Below are positions 19,498 to 28,998 of a stretch of 64,000 bases of DNA, piece by piece. The position numbers and the translations under genes were made by a program. Every line of letters begins with the position of its first letter. Position 1 is the stretch's first letter. The DNA is from Alphaproteobacteria bacterium (GTDB lineage: Bacteria; Pseudomonadota; Alphaproteobacteria; JACZXZ01): contig DATJLQ010000096.1 in assembly GCA_035509415.1 (NCBI GenBank), forward strand, positions 24,919 through 88,918. The letters run 5' to 3'. Below the pieces are notes generated by a model. The model was given only the letters and a program-made list of their open reading frames with translations, had not been told where the DNA came from and searched no databases.

Positions 19498-20079
19498 TCA
19501 GTAGCCCAGCACCTGCTTGAAGGTCTCGCCGCGGCGCAGACGCTCCTCGCGCTCGGCATCGAGGTGCGCCTTCGCGACCGCCTTCTCGGCGACCTCCGCC
19601 GCGCGCTCGGCCTGGACGATCACCACCCCATCCTCGTCGCCGAACACAAGATCGCCCGGCTTCACCGGCACGTCCGCGATCGAGATCGGCACCTGGGTCC
19701 AGCCAGGATGGGATTTGACCGTGCCGCGCACGTTGACGCCCGCGGCATAGATCGGGAAGCGCAGCGCCCGGATCTGCGCCATATCGCGCACCGCGGCGTT
19801 GGTGACGCAGCCCGCGATCTTTTTCGCGACGCACGCGGTGGTCGAGGTGCCGCCCCAGATCGTCGCCCTGTCCGTGGCGCCGGCATCGAGCACGATCACG
19901 CTCCCCGGCGGCGCCTCGTCGATCGCGCGGAACACGACCAGATTGTCGCCCGGCATCGCCTTTACCGTGAACGCCGGCCCGGCGAGCCGCACGCCGTCGA
20001 CCAGGAGACGGATCGGCGGGCCGACATCGCCCCATTTCCCCGCCGCCTCGTAGATGGTCGCCGTCGGCAGCGCCGCCAT
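19498..20079 (-). CDS. RraA-family protein (HMG/CHA aldolase / oxaloacetate decarboxylase-like)
   Basis: MAALPTATIYEAAGKWGDV...VLDAGATDRATIWGG... has the RraA/MenG-like fold. Start taken at the ATG at 20079. The track ORF's 82-aa N-terminal extension is low-complexity. Confidence 0.75.
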   Translation of the reverse strand: MAALPTATIYEAAGKWGDVGPPIRLLVDGVRLAGPAFTVKAMPGDNLVVFRAIDEAPPGSVIVLDAGATDRATIWGGTSTTACVAKKIAGCVTNAAVRDMAQIRALRFPIYAAGVNVRGTVKSHPGWTQVPISIADVPVKPGDLVFGDEDGVVIVQAERAAEVAEKAVAKAHLDAEREERLRRGETFKQVLGY

Positions 20080-20126
20080 GATGGCGAGCGGCGAGCCGGG
20101 GCCCGATGCCGATGTCTTCGACGTGC

Positions 20127-20927
20127 TCACGATATGCGCTCCTCCTCCGCCATGCGCCGCGCCACGGTCGCGGCAGCCGTCTTGATCACCTCGCCAAGGT
20201 CCGCGAACCGCTCGCGGGTTACCTGGCTGGTCGCAAATCCGAGGGAGAGCACGCCAAGCAGCTTTCCGTCGGGACCCCGTACCGGCGCCGCGACCGAGCC
20301 CACGCCTTGGGTGTGCTCTTCCCAATTCACCGAATAGCCGCGCGTCACGACGGCACGCAGGGCCGCCTTCAACCTCGGCAAGCTCGTGATCGTGTGCGGC
20401 GTACGCGCCGGCATGCCGGTGCGCCCGATCATCGCGTCGACCTCGAGCGCAGACAGGGTCGAAAGCGCCGCATGGCCGGTCGCGGAGCTGTGCACCGTGA
20501 GCTTCTCGCCGACAGGAATGCTGTATTTGAGCCGGCCCGGCGCCTCGACGGAATGAAGAATCACCATGCGGTCGTCCTGCAGCGCCGAGAGATAGGCGGT
20601 AACACCCTCGTCGGCGACCACGCGCTCCAGGATCGGGGCCGCGATGCGCCGAATGCGATCGCCGCCGGCGAACAAACCGCCGACCCGCGCAACTTCGGTG
20701 CCCGGCTGATAGCGCCTGGTCTTGGGATCGCGCACGACATAGCCGTGCATCTCGAGCGCCTGGATGAACCGGAGCGTGCTGGTCTTGGAGAGTGCCAGCG
20801 CCCGGCTCGCCTCGACCACGCTGAGGGTGCGGCGTTCGTCGCTAAAGAGCGAAAGCAGCGTGAGCGTGCGGCTCGCGCTCAGGGAGAACTCGGGCTTGCC
20901 GTCGGCGGATGCGGCCCTGCTGATCAT
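20127..20927 (-). CDS. IclR-family transcriptional regulator
   Basis: HTH LSVVEASRALALSKTSTLRFIQALEMHGYV plus IclR C-terminal domain. Confidence 0.85.
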   Translation of the reverse strand: MISRAASADGKPEFSLSASRTLTLLSLFSDERRTLSVVEASRALALSKTSTLRFIQALEMHGYVVRDPKTRRYQPGTEVARVGGLFAGGDRIRRIAAPILERVVADEGVTAYLSALQDDRMVILHSVEAPGRLKYSIPVGEKLTVHSSATGHAALSTLSALEVDAMIGRTGMPARTPHTITSLPRLKAALRAVVTRGYSVNWEEHTQGVGSVAAPVRGPDGKLLGVLSLGFATSQVTRERFADLGEVIKTAAATVARRMAEEERIS

Positions 20928-20962
20928 CGTCGCGACGGGCTCCTTCTGGGGGTCGCTTGAGG

Positions 20963-20976
20963 TCCGTTTATCGGAC
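20963..20976. promoter_or_regulatory. inverted repeat GGACT-TTAT-AGTCC in AT-rich divergent intergenic region; candidate operator
   Basis: Read from the sequence. Located between the divergent IclR gene (minus) and the IclR-TAXI fusion gene (plus), next to the AT-rich stretch TGAATTAGGATAATAAAG. Confidence 0.3.
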
Positions 20977-21237
20977 TTTATAGTCCTGAATTAGGATAAT
21001 AAAGAGCGTCACCGAGCGCGTCAACAGCACCTTGCAGGCCGTCGCCTGCGGCGCGAAATTCGGGAAATACTTCAGTGCGATGAACAATCGGCTATGATGG
21101 TGCGCAGGTGCCGAACCGCGGCAAGGCGCTGCCGGAACCAAGGGGCTGGAGATACCCCTCGGGGTCGACCGCGCGCGCCGTGGCGACGCGACCGTGCCAT
21201 CGTTCGCACCCAATTCCCGCCTCCAAAAGGGAGCGTC

Positions 21238-22974
21238 ATGCCGAAGCGAGCGCGCACCAGGACGGCCTTCGGGAAGGACGTGAACTCGGTCACCAAGGCG
21301 GTCGACGTTCTGCGCGCCTTCATCGACGGCCAGGAAAGCTGGGGCGTGCGCGAGCTCGCCAACGCCCTCGGCCAGCCGGGGAGTTCGACCCATCGCGTGC
21401 TGCAAATCCTGCGGCGCGAGGGTTTCGTCGAATGGGACGCGGAGTCGCGCAAGTATGAAACGGGCATGGAATTTTTCCGCTGGTGGGCGATCCTCGGCGG
21501 ACGCCTCAAGGTCGCCGAGGTCGCGCGTCCATTGATGAGCGAGCTTGCGGGCGAGATCGGCGAGACCTGCCTCCTCGGCCTCTACAAGGCGGGCGACCAT
21601 CGCCACGCCTACGTCGCCGAGGCCCTGGCCCACCAAGGCTCGTCCTTCAACGCGCTGATCGGAAATTACGCGCCGCTTTGGAGCTCCGCAGGCGGCCTCT
21701 CGATCCTGGCGCTTCTTCCCGAGCCCGCGCGCCGGGCCGTATTCAAGGCGCGCGCGGCGACCGGCCCGCGCAACCCGCCCCGGTCCCTCGAAGGCCATCT
21801 CGCTGCGGTGCGCGCGGCCGGCTACGGCGTGATGCTCTCATCGGACGACGACGCCCCCGTCACCGTCGGCGCCGCGGTGACCGACGCGCACGGCAACCCC
21901 GTCGGCAGCCTCACGATCGCGGCCCCGCGCGGACGCTACGCCGAGCCCGCGCTGCGCGAGATCGGCGCGCGCGTCTCGAGCTATGCCGGTCGCCTGTCGC
22001 GCATGATCGGCGCCCAGATGCTGGGTGGCGCCGGAGGAATCGGCAGCTGGACGCTCGGCATCGACGTGATCGCGCGCGTGATTCAGCGCGAGATCCCCGG
22101 CATCGGCTCGACCATCTGGAACGCGAGCGGCGATCAGGCGCTTCAGGACCTCCAGAACGGCCGCGGCGGCTACTGCTTCGCCGTCGCGGGGAGCTTGTGG
22201 AGCGCCTATCGCGGCGAGGCGCCGTTCACGCACCCCCATGGCCAGCTGCGCGCCATGTGCAGCCTGTTTCCGATTTTTCTGCATATCGTCACGCGCCGGA
22301 ACAGCGGGATCGGAAGCTTCCGCGATCTGAAGGGCAAGCGCGTCTCGGCCGGCGAAGCGGACTTCACGACCGCGCGGGTAGTGGCCGAGCTGATGCGCCG
22401 CGCCGGCATTCTCGAGCGCGGAAGGGCGGCCGCACGGACGCTCGTCTATCTCAACTACGCCGAGGCGACGCGCGAGTTCGCCGCCGGCAAGCTCGACGTC
22501 ATCATCTCCCTGACCGCCCTTGGCGACCCGGCCTACCGCAAGCTCGCGCGCTCGTTCGACCTGCGCCTCATTCCTTTGGATGCAGCGTCCGCCGGCGCCT
22601 TCGTCGCGCGCCATTCGGCCTACGAGACGGGCGTCATTCCGGCGGCAACCTACGCCGGTGCCGACGAACCCACCGAGACCTTGGCCGTACCCACCGTCCT
22701 CGTCACGACCGCCGAGCGCAGCGACGACGAGGTCTACGCTGCGACGCGCGCGATCTATCGCGAGCGCGACAGGATCGCGGCGGCGCTCGGCGCGCCTGAG
22801 ACGCTCAAGCCCCCGTACCTGTTCCGCGGCATCGACGTGCCGCTGCACCCGGGTGCCGAGCGCTTTTGGCGCGAGCAGGGATTGATCGGACCGCCCGCGC
22901 TGGTCGCGCCGGCTGCCGCAGCGCGGCGCACGGCGCCCGCCGTCGAGCCGCGCCGGTCGAGTTCCCGGCGTTGA
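21238..22974 (+). CDS. IclR-family regulator fused in-frame to a TAXI-family (TRAP-associated) periplasmic-binding-protein-like domain
   Basis: aa 1-257: IclR wHTH (VRELANALGQPGSSTHRVLQILRREGFV) plus effector domain. aa about 262-578: TAXI hallmarks (GIGSWTLGIDVIARVIQREIPGIGSTIWNASGDQALQDLQNGRGGYCFAVAGSLWSAYRGE ... PLHPGAERFWREQG), with no signal peptide. Strong Shine-Dalgarno AAAGGGAG before the ATG at 21238. Single uninterrupted frame. Confidence 0.75.
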   Translation: MPKRARTRTAFGKDVNSVTKAVDVLRAFIDGQESWGVRELANALGQPGSSTHRVLQILRREGFVEWDAESRKYETGMEFFRWWAILGGRLKVAEVARPLMSELAGEIGETCLLGLYKAGDHRHAYVAEALAHQGSSFNALIGNYAPLWSSAGGLSILALLPEPARRAVFKARAATGPRNPPRSLEGHLAAVRAAGYGVMLSSDDDAPVTVGAAVTDAHGNPVGSLTIAAPRGRYAEPALREIGARVSSYAGRLSRMIGAQMLGGAGGIGSWTLGIDVIARVIQREIPGIGSTIWNASGDQALQDLQNGRGGYCFAVAGSLWSAYRGEAPFTHPHGQLRAMCSLFPIFLHIVTRRNSGIGSFRDLKGKRVSAGEADFTTARVVAELMRRAGILERGRAAARTLVYLNYAEATREFAAGKLDVIISLTALGDPAYRKLARSFDLRLIPLDAASAGAFVARHSAYETGVIPAATYAGADEPTETLAVPTVLVTTAERSDDEVYAATRAIYRERDRIAAALGAPETLKPPYLFRGIDVPLHPGAERFWREQGLIGPPALVAPAAAARRTAPAVEPRRSSSRR

Positions 22975-22993
22975 GGGCGAACGGTCTTCCCGA

Positions 22994-24187
<1,194 letters not shown>

Positions 24188-24202
24188 TCGAACGCCGCAC
24201 GC

Positions 24203-25336
24203 CTAAGCGGCTTTGACTTCGCCCCACGCCTGGATCCACGCGTTCATGTTGTTCGGCCAGCTGTAGGGATAGCGCGCGATATTCCTGGTGATCGCGTCGA
24301 AGCCCATCTTCTCCCGCTCCGCGGGCGTGAAGGCGTCGAGCGCGCCCGTGGTGACCGGGCCATAGCTCGATTCCTTGGCGAGGGCGACGCCGTATTCGGG
24401 CGAAAGCATCGCGTTCACGACCGATTCGGCGAGCGGGGCCTTGGACGAATCCTTCGGAATGAACGCCGACTGGTTCCAGATCAGGATGCCCTCCTTGGGC
24501 CAGGCATTGGTGATCGGCAAGTTCTGCTTCAGAAGCGCCGCGCGCATCGAGAGCCAACCGTACATCGCCCACACCTCGCCGCTCGACATCAGATTTACCG
24601 CCTCGGCGAACTGGGACCACATGGTGCGGAAGTTCTTCTTCTTCGAGATCAGGAATTTCTTCACTTCCGCGAGGTCGGCATCCGACATGGTCGCGGGGTC
24701 CTTGATGCCGAGGGTTAGGGCCGCGACCACGATGCCGCCATACGGATCGTCGCGCATCGCGGTCTTGCCCTTGTACTTGTCGTCGAACAGCACGTTCCAC
24801 GTCTGGGTCGATGCCGCATCCTCGGGAATGTGCTCCTTGTTGTAAAGTGGCGAATCGAATCCCCAGAAGATCGGGATCATGTAGGTCTTGCCGTCGCGCA
24901 CCTGGATCTGCTCGGCGAACAGCGACTGCAGGTTCTTCTCGTTCGGCACCTTGCTCAGGTCGAACGGCCGCACTTTCTCGTCGCCCGCATGCGCCCCGAG
25001 GATCGGCCCCTTCACGAAGTCCGTCACGCTGATCATGAGATCGTAGCGCGACGTCCCGCCGGGCGCGAGCAGCTTGGCAATCGTATCGGTCGGCGAGACG
25101 TAGGGCACGTTGTCGACCTTGACGCCCGAGAGCTTCTCCTCGACCGCGCGCGCGCCGGGCGGGATGACCACGCCGGACATCACACCCGTGATCGTCTCCA
25201 TGCCCCAAGCGGACGTGCTTCCCGCCGCCCCGGTTAGCGCGAGCGCTCCCGCAGCACCCGAAAGTGCCAGGAATTCACGGCGATTAAGACCGGACTCGAA
25301 GCCGGGCCCGTATTTTCCCAAGTTTGTTTTGCTCAT
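24203..25336 (-). CDS. ABC transporter periplasmic substrate-binding protein (PotD/F-like), Tat signal
   Basis: MSKTNLGKYGPGFESGLNRREFLALSGAAGALALTGAAG. Paralogous to the SBP at 8265..9377, sharing the KKFLISKKKNFR block. Confidence 0.85.
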   Translation of the reverse strand: MSKTNLGKYGPGFESGLNRREFLALSGAAGALALTGAAGSTSAWGMETITGVMSGVVIPPGARAVEEKLSGVKVDNVPYVSPTDTIAKLLAPGGTSRYDLMISVTDFVKGPILGAHAGDEKVRPFDLSKVPNEKNLQSLFAEQIQVRDGKTYMIPIFWGFDSPLYNKEHIPEDAASTQTWNVLFDDKYKGKTAMRDDPYGGIVVAALTLGIKDPATMSDADLAEVKKFLISKKKNFRTMWSQFAEAVNLMSSGEVWAMYGWLSMRAALLKQNLPITNAWPKEGILIWNQSAFIPKDSSKAPLAESVVNAMLSPEYGVALAKESSYGPVTTGALDAFTPAEREKMGFDAITRNIARYPYSWPNNMNAWIQAWGEVKAA

Positions 25337-25370
25337 GATCGACTCCTCTGTTGAATGTTCATCCCCGTTC

Positions 25371-26207
25371 TCATCGATCCGTCGCGGGGTGCGCGTCGTC
25401 GCGCGTTCGGCGCGAAACCACGAGGCCAATCAAAGACGTTGTGGCCGAAATCAGCATGATGATCACCGCCATCGCCGGAAGATCGGGCGTCAACTGCTCG
25501 ACGATCATCGACCAGAACATCACCGGGATGGTCCGGTCGTAACCGGTCACGAACAGCGTGCGCACGAATTCGTCGAACGACAGACTGAAGGAGAACAGGA
25601 GCGTCGCGATGATCGCCGGACGCACGATCGGCAGCACGACGTGCCAAAAGACCTCGATCGGGCGCGCTCCGAGGTCCATCGCCGCTTCCTCCACGGCGCG
25701 GTCGAAGCGGTGCAGCCGCGGATACAGCGTGAGGAAGGCGAAGGGGAGGACCCAATCGACGTGCGCGATCAGCACCGTCGTCCACAGCGACGGCGGCACG
25801 CCCAGATAGCCGAAGAACATCAGGAGCATGATGCCGCCCACGATGCCCGGCATCACGATCGGCGCCAGGACCAGGTTGAACAAGGCGCCCTTGAACCGGA
25901 ACTCGTGCCGGAATCCCATGGCGAGGAAAAGTGCGAGGGCGGTCGAGATGACGGCGGCGAGGACGCCCACGGCCAGACTGTGGGCCAGCGCGGTCAGGAA
26001 TTCCGGCGTCTTGAACACTTTCGCGTACCAATCGGCGGTGAAGCGCCGGAACGGGAATCCGATGGTCTCCGAATCGTTGAACGACAGCACGACGATCATC
26101 ACGAGCGGCGCGTATAGCAGAACGTAGAACACGCCGGCGTAAATCCACAAAGCGAGGCGATAAGGCGAGACGCGCCCCCGCCTGGGTCCGGTCGCGGCCG
26201 CGATCAT
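25371..26207 (-). CDS. ABC transporter permease (PotC-like)
   Basis: Start MIAAATGP at 26207 overlaps the upstream permease stop (ATGA). EAA loop VEEAAMDLGARPIEVFWHVVLP. Confidence 0.85.
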   Translation of the reverse strand: MIAAATGPRRGRVSPYRLALWIYAGVFYVLLYAPLVMIVVLSFNDSETIGFPFRRFTADWYAKVFKTPEFLTALAHSLAVGVLAAVISTALALFLAMGFRHEFRFKGALFNLVLAPIVMPGIVGGIMLLMFFGYLGVPPSLWTTVLIAHVDWVLPFAFLTLYPRLHRFDRAVEEAAMDLGARPIEVFWHVVLPIVRPAIIATLLFSFSLSFDEFVRTLFVTGYDRTIPVMFWSMIVEQLTPDLPAMAVIIMLISATTSLIGLVVSRRTRDDAHPATDR

Positions 26208-27136
26208 CGACGGCCTCCCGAAACGACCTGCTGCAGCCCGATCCAGCGCCCGAACACGATGAGAAGCAGCAGCACGACCCCGAACAGCACGACGGACAGC
26301 GCGGCGCCGAACGCCCAATTGTTGGTCGAGATGTATTGAATCGCGATCATGTTGCTGTAGAGGATGCCCGACGTCCCGCCCAGAAGCTGCGGCGTCACGT
26401 AGGCGCTGACCGAAAGGAGAAAGACCATGAGCGAGCCCGACAGCACGCCGGGCCAGCTGAGCGGAAGAATGACGCGCCAGAAGATCCAAAACGGCCGCGC
26501 GCCGAGGTCCGCCGCCGCCTCGATCAGCCGCGGGTCGATCTTGTCGATCGAGAGATAGATCGGCAGGGTCATGAACAGCGTATAGACGTAGATCAGGCCG
26601 ATATAGACCGCGCCGCTATCGTAGAGCAGCCAGCCGATCGGGTGGTCGATGAGCCCGAGGTAAAGCAAAAACTGATTGATCGCGCCCGTGGTCCCGAGGA
26701 TGGGCAGCCAAACGAAGGTGCGCACCACGTAGCTGGTCCAGAACGGCAGGAACAGCAGCAGCACGAACCCCGTCTTGGCGGTGCCCCGGAGGGTCGCGAG
26801 GAGATAGGCGATCGGATACGAGATCGCGAGCGAGATCAGGGTCGTGACGAACGATACCCATAGGGTCTTGACGAGAAGGTTGCGGTAGAACGGCGTCGCC
26901 AAGGCCTGGGCGTAGTTGCCGAACTGGAAAGCGGGCGTCGTGCCGAAGATCGTCGAGGTCCAGAACGACATCGCGATCGCGAAGCCGAACGGAACGAGGA
27001 CGAAGACCGCGAGCCAGATCAGCCCCGGCGAGAGCATCAAAAAGGCGGTGCGGCGGGCGCGGCGACGCGCGGCGCCGGTCGCCGCGGTCGGCAACGTGAG
27101 CGACACATGTCCCGTATCCGCCGCCATCGACGCCAT
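26204..27136 (-). CDS. ABC transporter permease (PotB-like)
   Basis: Polytopic permease, IEAAADLGARPFWIFWRVILP. Confidence 0.85.
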   Translation of the reverse strand: MASMAADTGHVSLTLPTAATGAARRRARRTAFLMLSPGLIWLAVFVLVPFGFAIAMSFWTSTIFGTTPAFQFGNYAQALATPFYRNLLVKTLWVSFVTTLISLAISYPIAYLLATLRGTAKTGFVLLLFLPFWTSYVVRTFVWLPILGTTGAINQFLLYLGLIDHPIGWLLYDSGAVYIGLIYVYTLFMTLPIYLSIDKIDPRLIEAAADLGARPFWIFWRVILPLSWPGVLSGSLMVFLLSVSAYVTPQLLGGTSGILYSNMIAIQYISTNNWAFGAALSVVLFGVVLLLLIVFGRWIGLQQVVSGGRR

Positions 27137-27177
27137 CCCTCACCCACCCATCCTTCGCACTCCGATCATTGGGTTCG

Positions 27178-28995
27178 TCATGTCCGCCGCCCGCGCGGCA
27201 CTTTCCCGGAAACGTCGTCGGACGCCGTCTTGGCTCCCCGCATCGTCCCGGTGCGCGCGCGATCGACCTCGAATGTCGCGGCATCGAGCGCGACGCCGTA
27301 ATCCGTCGCCGCCGCCTCGACCGTGACGCGGCCCTCGCGCGCATCCTCGACAACCGATTCGACGGCGCGCTCGAACGGATCGCCGAAACCCCCGCCGCCG
27401 CCGAGCTGGAAGCGAATCCGGTCGCCCGGCAGGAAGCGGCGGTAAATGCCATGCTCGATCGTCTTGCCGTTGAGCCAGAGCCCGCCGCCACGCCCGTTGC
27501 GGCCGCCGCAGCGGCCCTGGAGGGGAAAGTCGCCGCTCTCGCCGCGCCCGTTGAGGCGAACCGAGCCTTCGACGAAATCCTGCGGCCCCTGCGCGCCGCC
27601 CAGAATCTCGAATTCGACCGACTGGCCGAGACCGCCGCGCTGCCGGCCCGGTCCGCCCGAATCCGCGACCAGCTCCTTCTCGAGAAACCGCACCGGCGCC
27701 TCGTTCTCGGTGACCTCGATCGGGATGTTGCGCGTGTTGTTCGGGAAGCACAGGGTCGGATAGCCGTCGTATTTGTGGCTCGCGCCGAAACCGCCGCTAT
27801 GCTGTTGGATCGCGAGGAAGGAGCGGCCGTCGCGCCGCCACTTGCCGTGGAGATAAATCTCGTTGGCGGGACAGCCGCCGTTTGCCGCGAGCACGGCCTC
27901 GGGCATCGCCTTCTCGAGCGCGCCGAAGATGATCTCGGGATAGAGGTGGGAGATCATGGTACGGCCCCAAGTCGCCGCCGGGGGTCGGCAGTTCACGACG
28001 GAGCCCAGCGGCGCGACGATCTCGATCGGGCGCATGCAGCCGTCGTTGTTCGGCACCTCCGGATCGAACGCAAGCTTGATCGGATAGGCGCTATAGGAGC
28101 GCGTCGAGTTGAGGGTACAGTTGATCGCGGCGCCGACCTCGCCCGAGGTGCCCGTGTAGTCGATCGTCACGCGGCCGTCCTTGATCGTGACCGCCGCCTT
28201 GATGCGGACCTCGTCCGGGCAATGGGGGATGCGCGGCAGCACCACTTCGTTGTGGTAGGTTCCCTCGGGCAGCCGCCGCAACTTCGCGCGCAGGCTGCTT
28301 TCGGTGCGCTCGATGATCTCGCGGCCGAGCTCCTCGAGCCCGTCGAGCTGGTACTCGTCGAGGAGGCGCAGGAGGCCCTGGGTGCATACATGGTTGGCGA
28401 CCAGCTGGGCACGCAGGTCGCCCAGCACCTTGTCGGGCACCCGGATGTTCGCCTTCATGAACTCGAAGATCGCCCGGTTGAGGCGCCCCGCCTCGTACAG
28501 CTTGAGGATCGGGATCTTGAGCCCCTCCTCGTAGATGTTCTTCGACTCGAGCGTCGACATGCGTCCACCCATGTCGAGATGGTGGACGATGCAGAGCGTG
28601 TAACCGACGGCGCGCCCGCCGTGGAAGATCGGCGAGGCGACCGATACGTCGATCAGATGGCCGCTCGCGAGCCACGGATCGTTCGTGATGAGAACGTCGC
28701 CCGGCTCAAGCGTTTCCGGCGGATGCGCCTTGAGGAAGTTGCGCATCACCTCGGGCACGATACCGAGGAAGCCGGCGGTCGTGACCGTCGAATGGGAAAG
28801 CATCCTGCCGTCGCGGTCGAACAGCGCGCAGCAGAAATCGTGATACTCCTTGACCGACGGGGTGTAGGCCGTGCGCATCAATCCGGTCGCCGCCTCGTCG
28901 ACGATCGAGATCAGGCGGTTCCAGAGCACTTGGATCGTCACCGCGTCGAGCAGGTTCGAGCGATTGCGCGATGAGGGAATTGAAACGGCGCTCAT
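27178..28995 (-). CDS. hyuB: hydantoinase B / oxoprolinase-family subunit (HyuB)
   Basis: 605 aa; VLWNRLISIVDEAATGLMRTAYTPSVKEYHDF...GGGGFGDP; Hydantoinase_B fold. Confidence 0.9.
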   Translation of the reverse strand: MSAVSIPSSRNRSNLLDAVTIQVLWNRLISIVDEAATGLMRTAYTPSVKEYHDFCCALFDRDGRMLSHSTVTTAGFLGIVPEVMRNFLKAHPPETLEPGDVLITNDPWLASGHLIDVSVASPIFHGGRAVGYTLCIVHHLDMGGRMSTLESKNIYEEGLKIPILKLYEAGRLNRAIFEFMKANIRVPDKVLGDLRAQLVANHVCTQGLLRLLDEYQLDGLEELGREIIERTESSLRAKLRRLPEGTYHNEVVLPRIPHCPDEVRIKAAVTIKDGRVTIDYTGTSGEVGAAINCTLNSTRSYSAYPIKLAFDPEVPNNDGCMRPIEIVAPLGSVVNCRPPAATWGRTMISHLYPEIIFGALEKAMPEAVLAANGGCPANEIYLHGKWRRDGRSFLAIQQHSGGFGASHKYDGYPTLCFPNNTRNIPIEVTENEAPVRFLEKELVADSGGPGRQRGGLGQSVEFEILGGAQGPQDFVEGSVRLNGRGESGDFPLQGRCGGRNGRGGGLWLNGKTIEHGIYRRFLPGDRIRFQLGGGGGFGDPFERAVESVVEDAREGRVTVEAAATDYGVALDAATFEVDRARTGTMRGAKTASDDVSGKVPRGRRT

Positions 28996-28998
28996 CCT

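Noticed and set aside
21483-22799. 438-aa alternative-frame ORF inside the IclR-TAXI gene, and similar long Arg-rich ORFs such as 33229..36744 (1171 aa), 6035..7408 and 18428..20035
   Set aside because: Arg/Gly/Pro-dominated translations with no family signatures. They overlap well-supported genes in another frame. This is characteristic of GC-skewed spurious ORFs.
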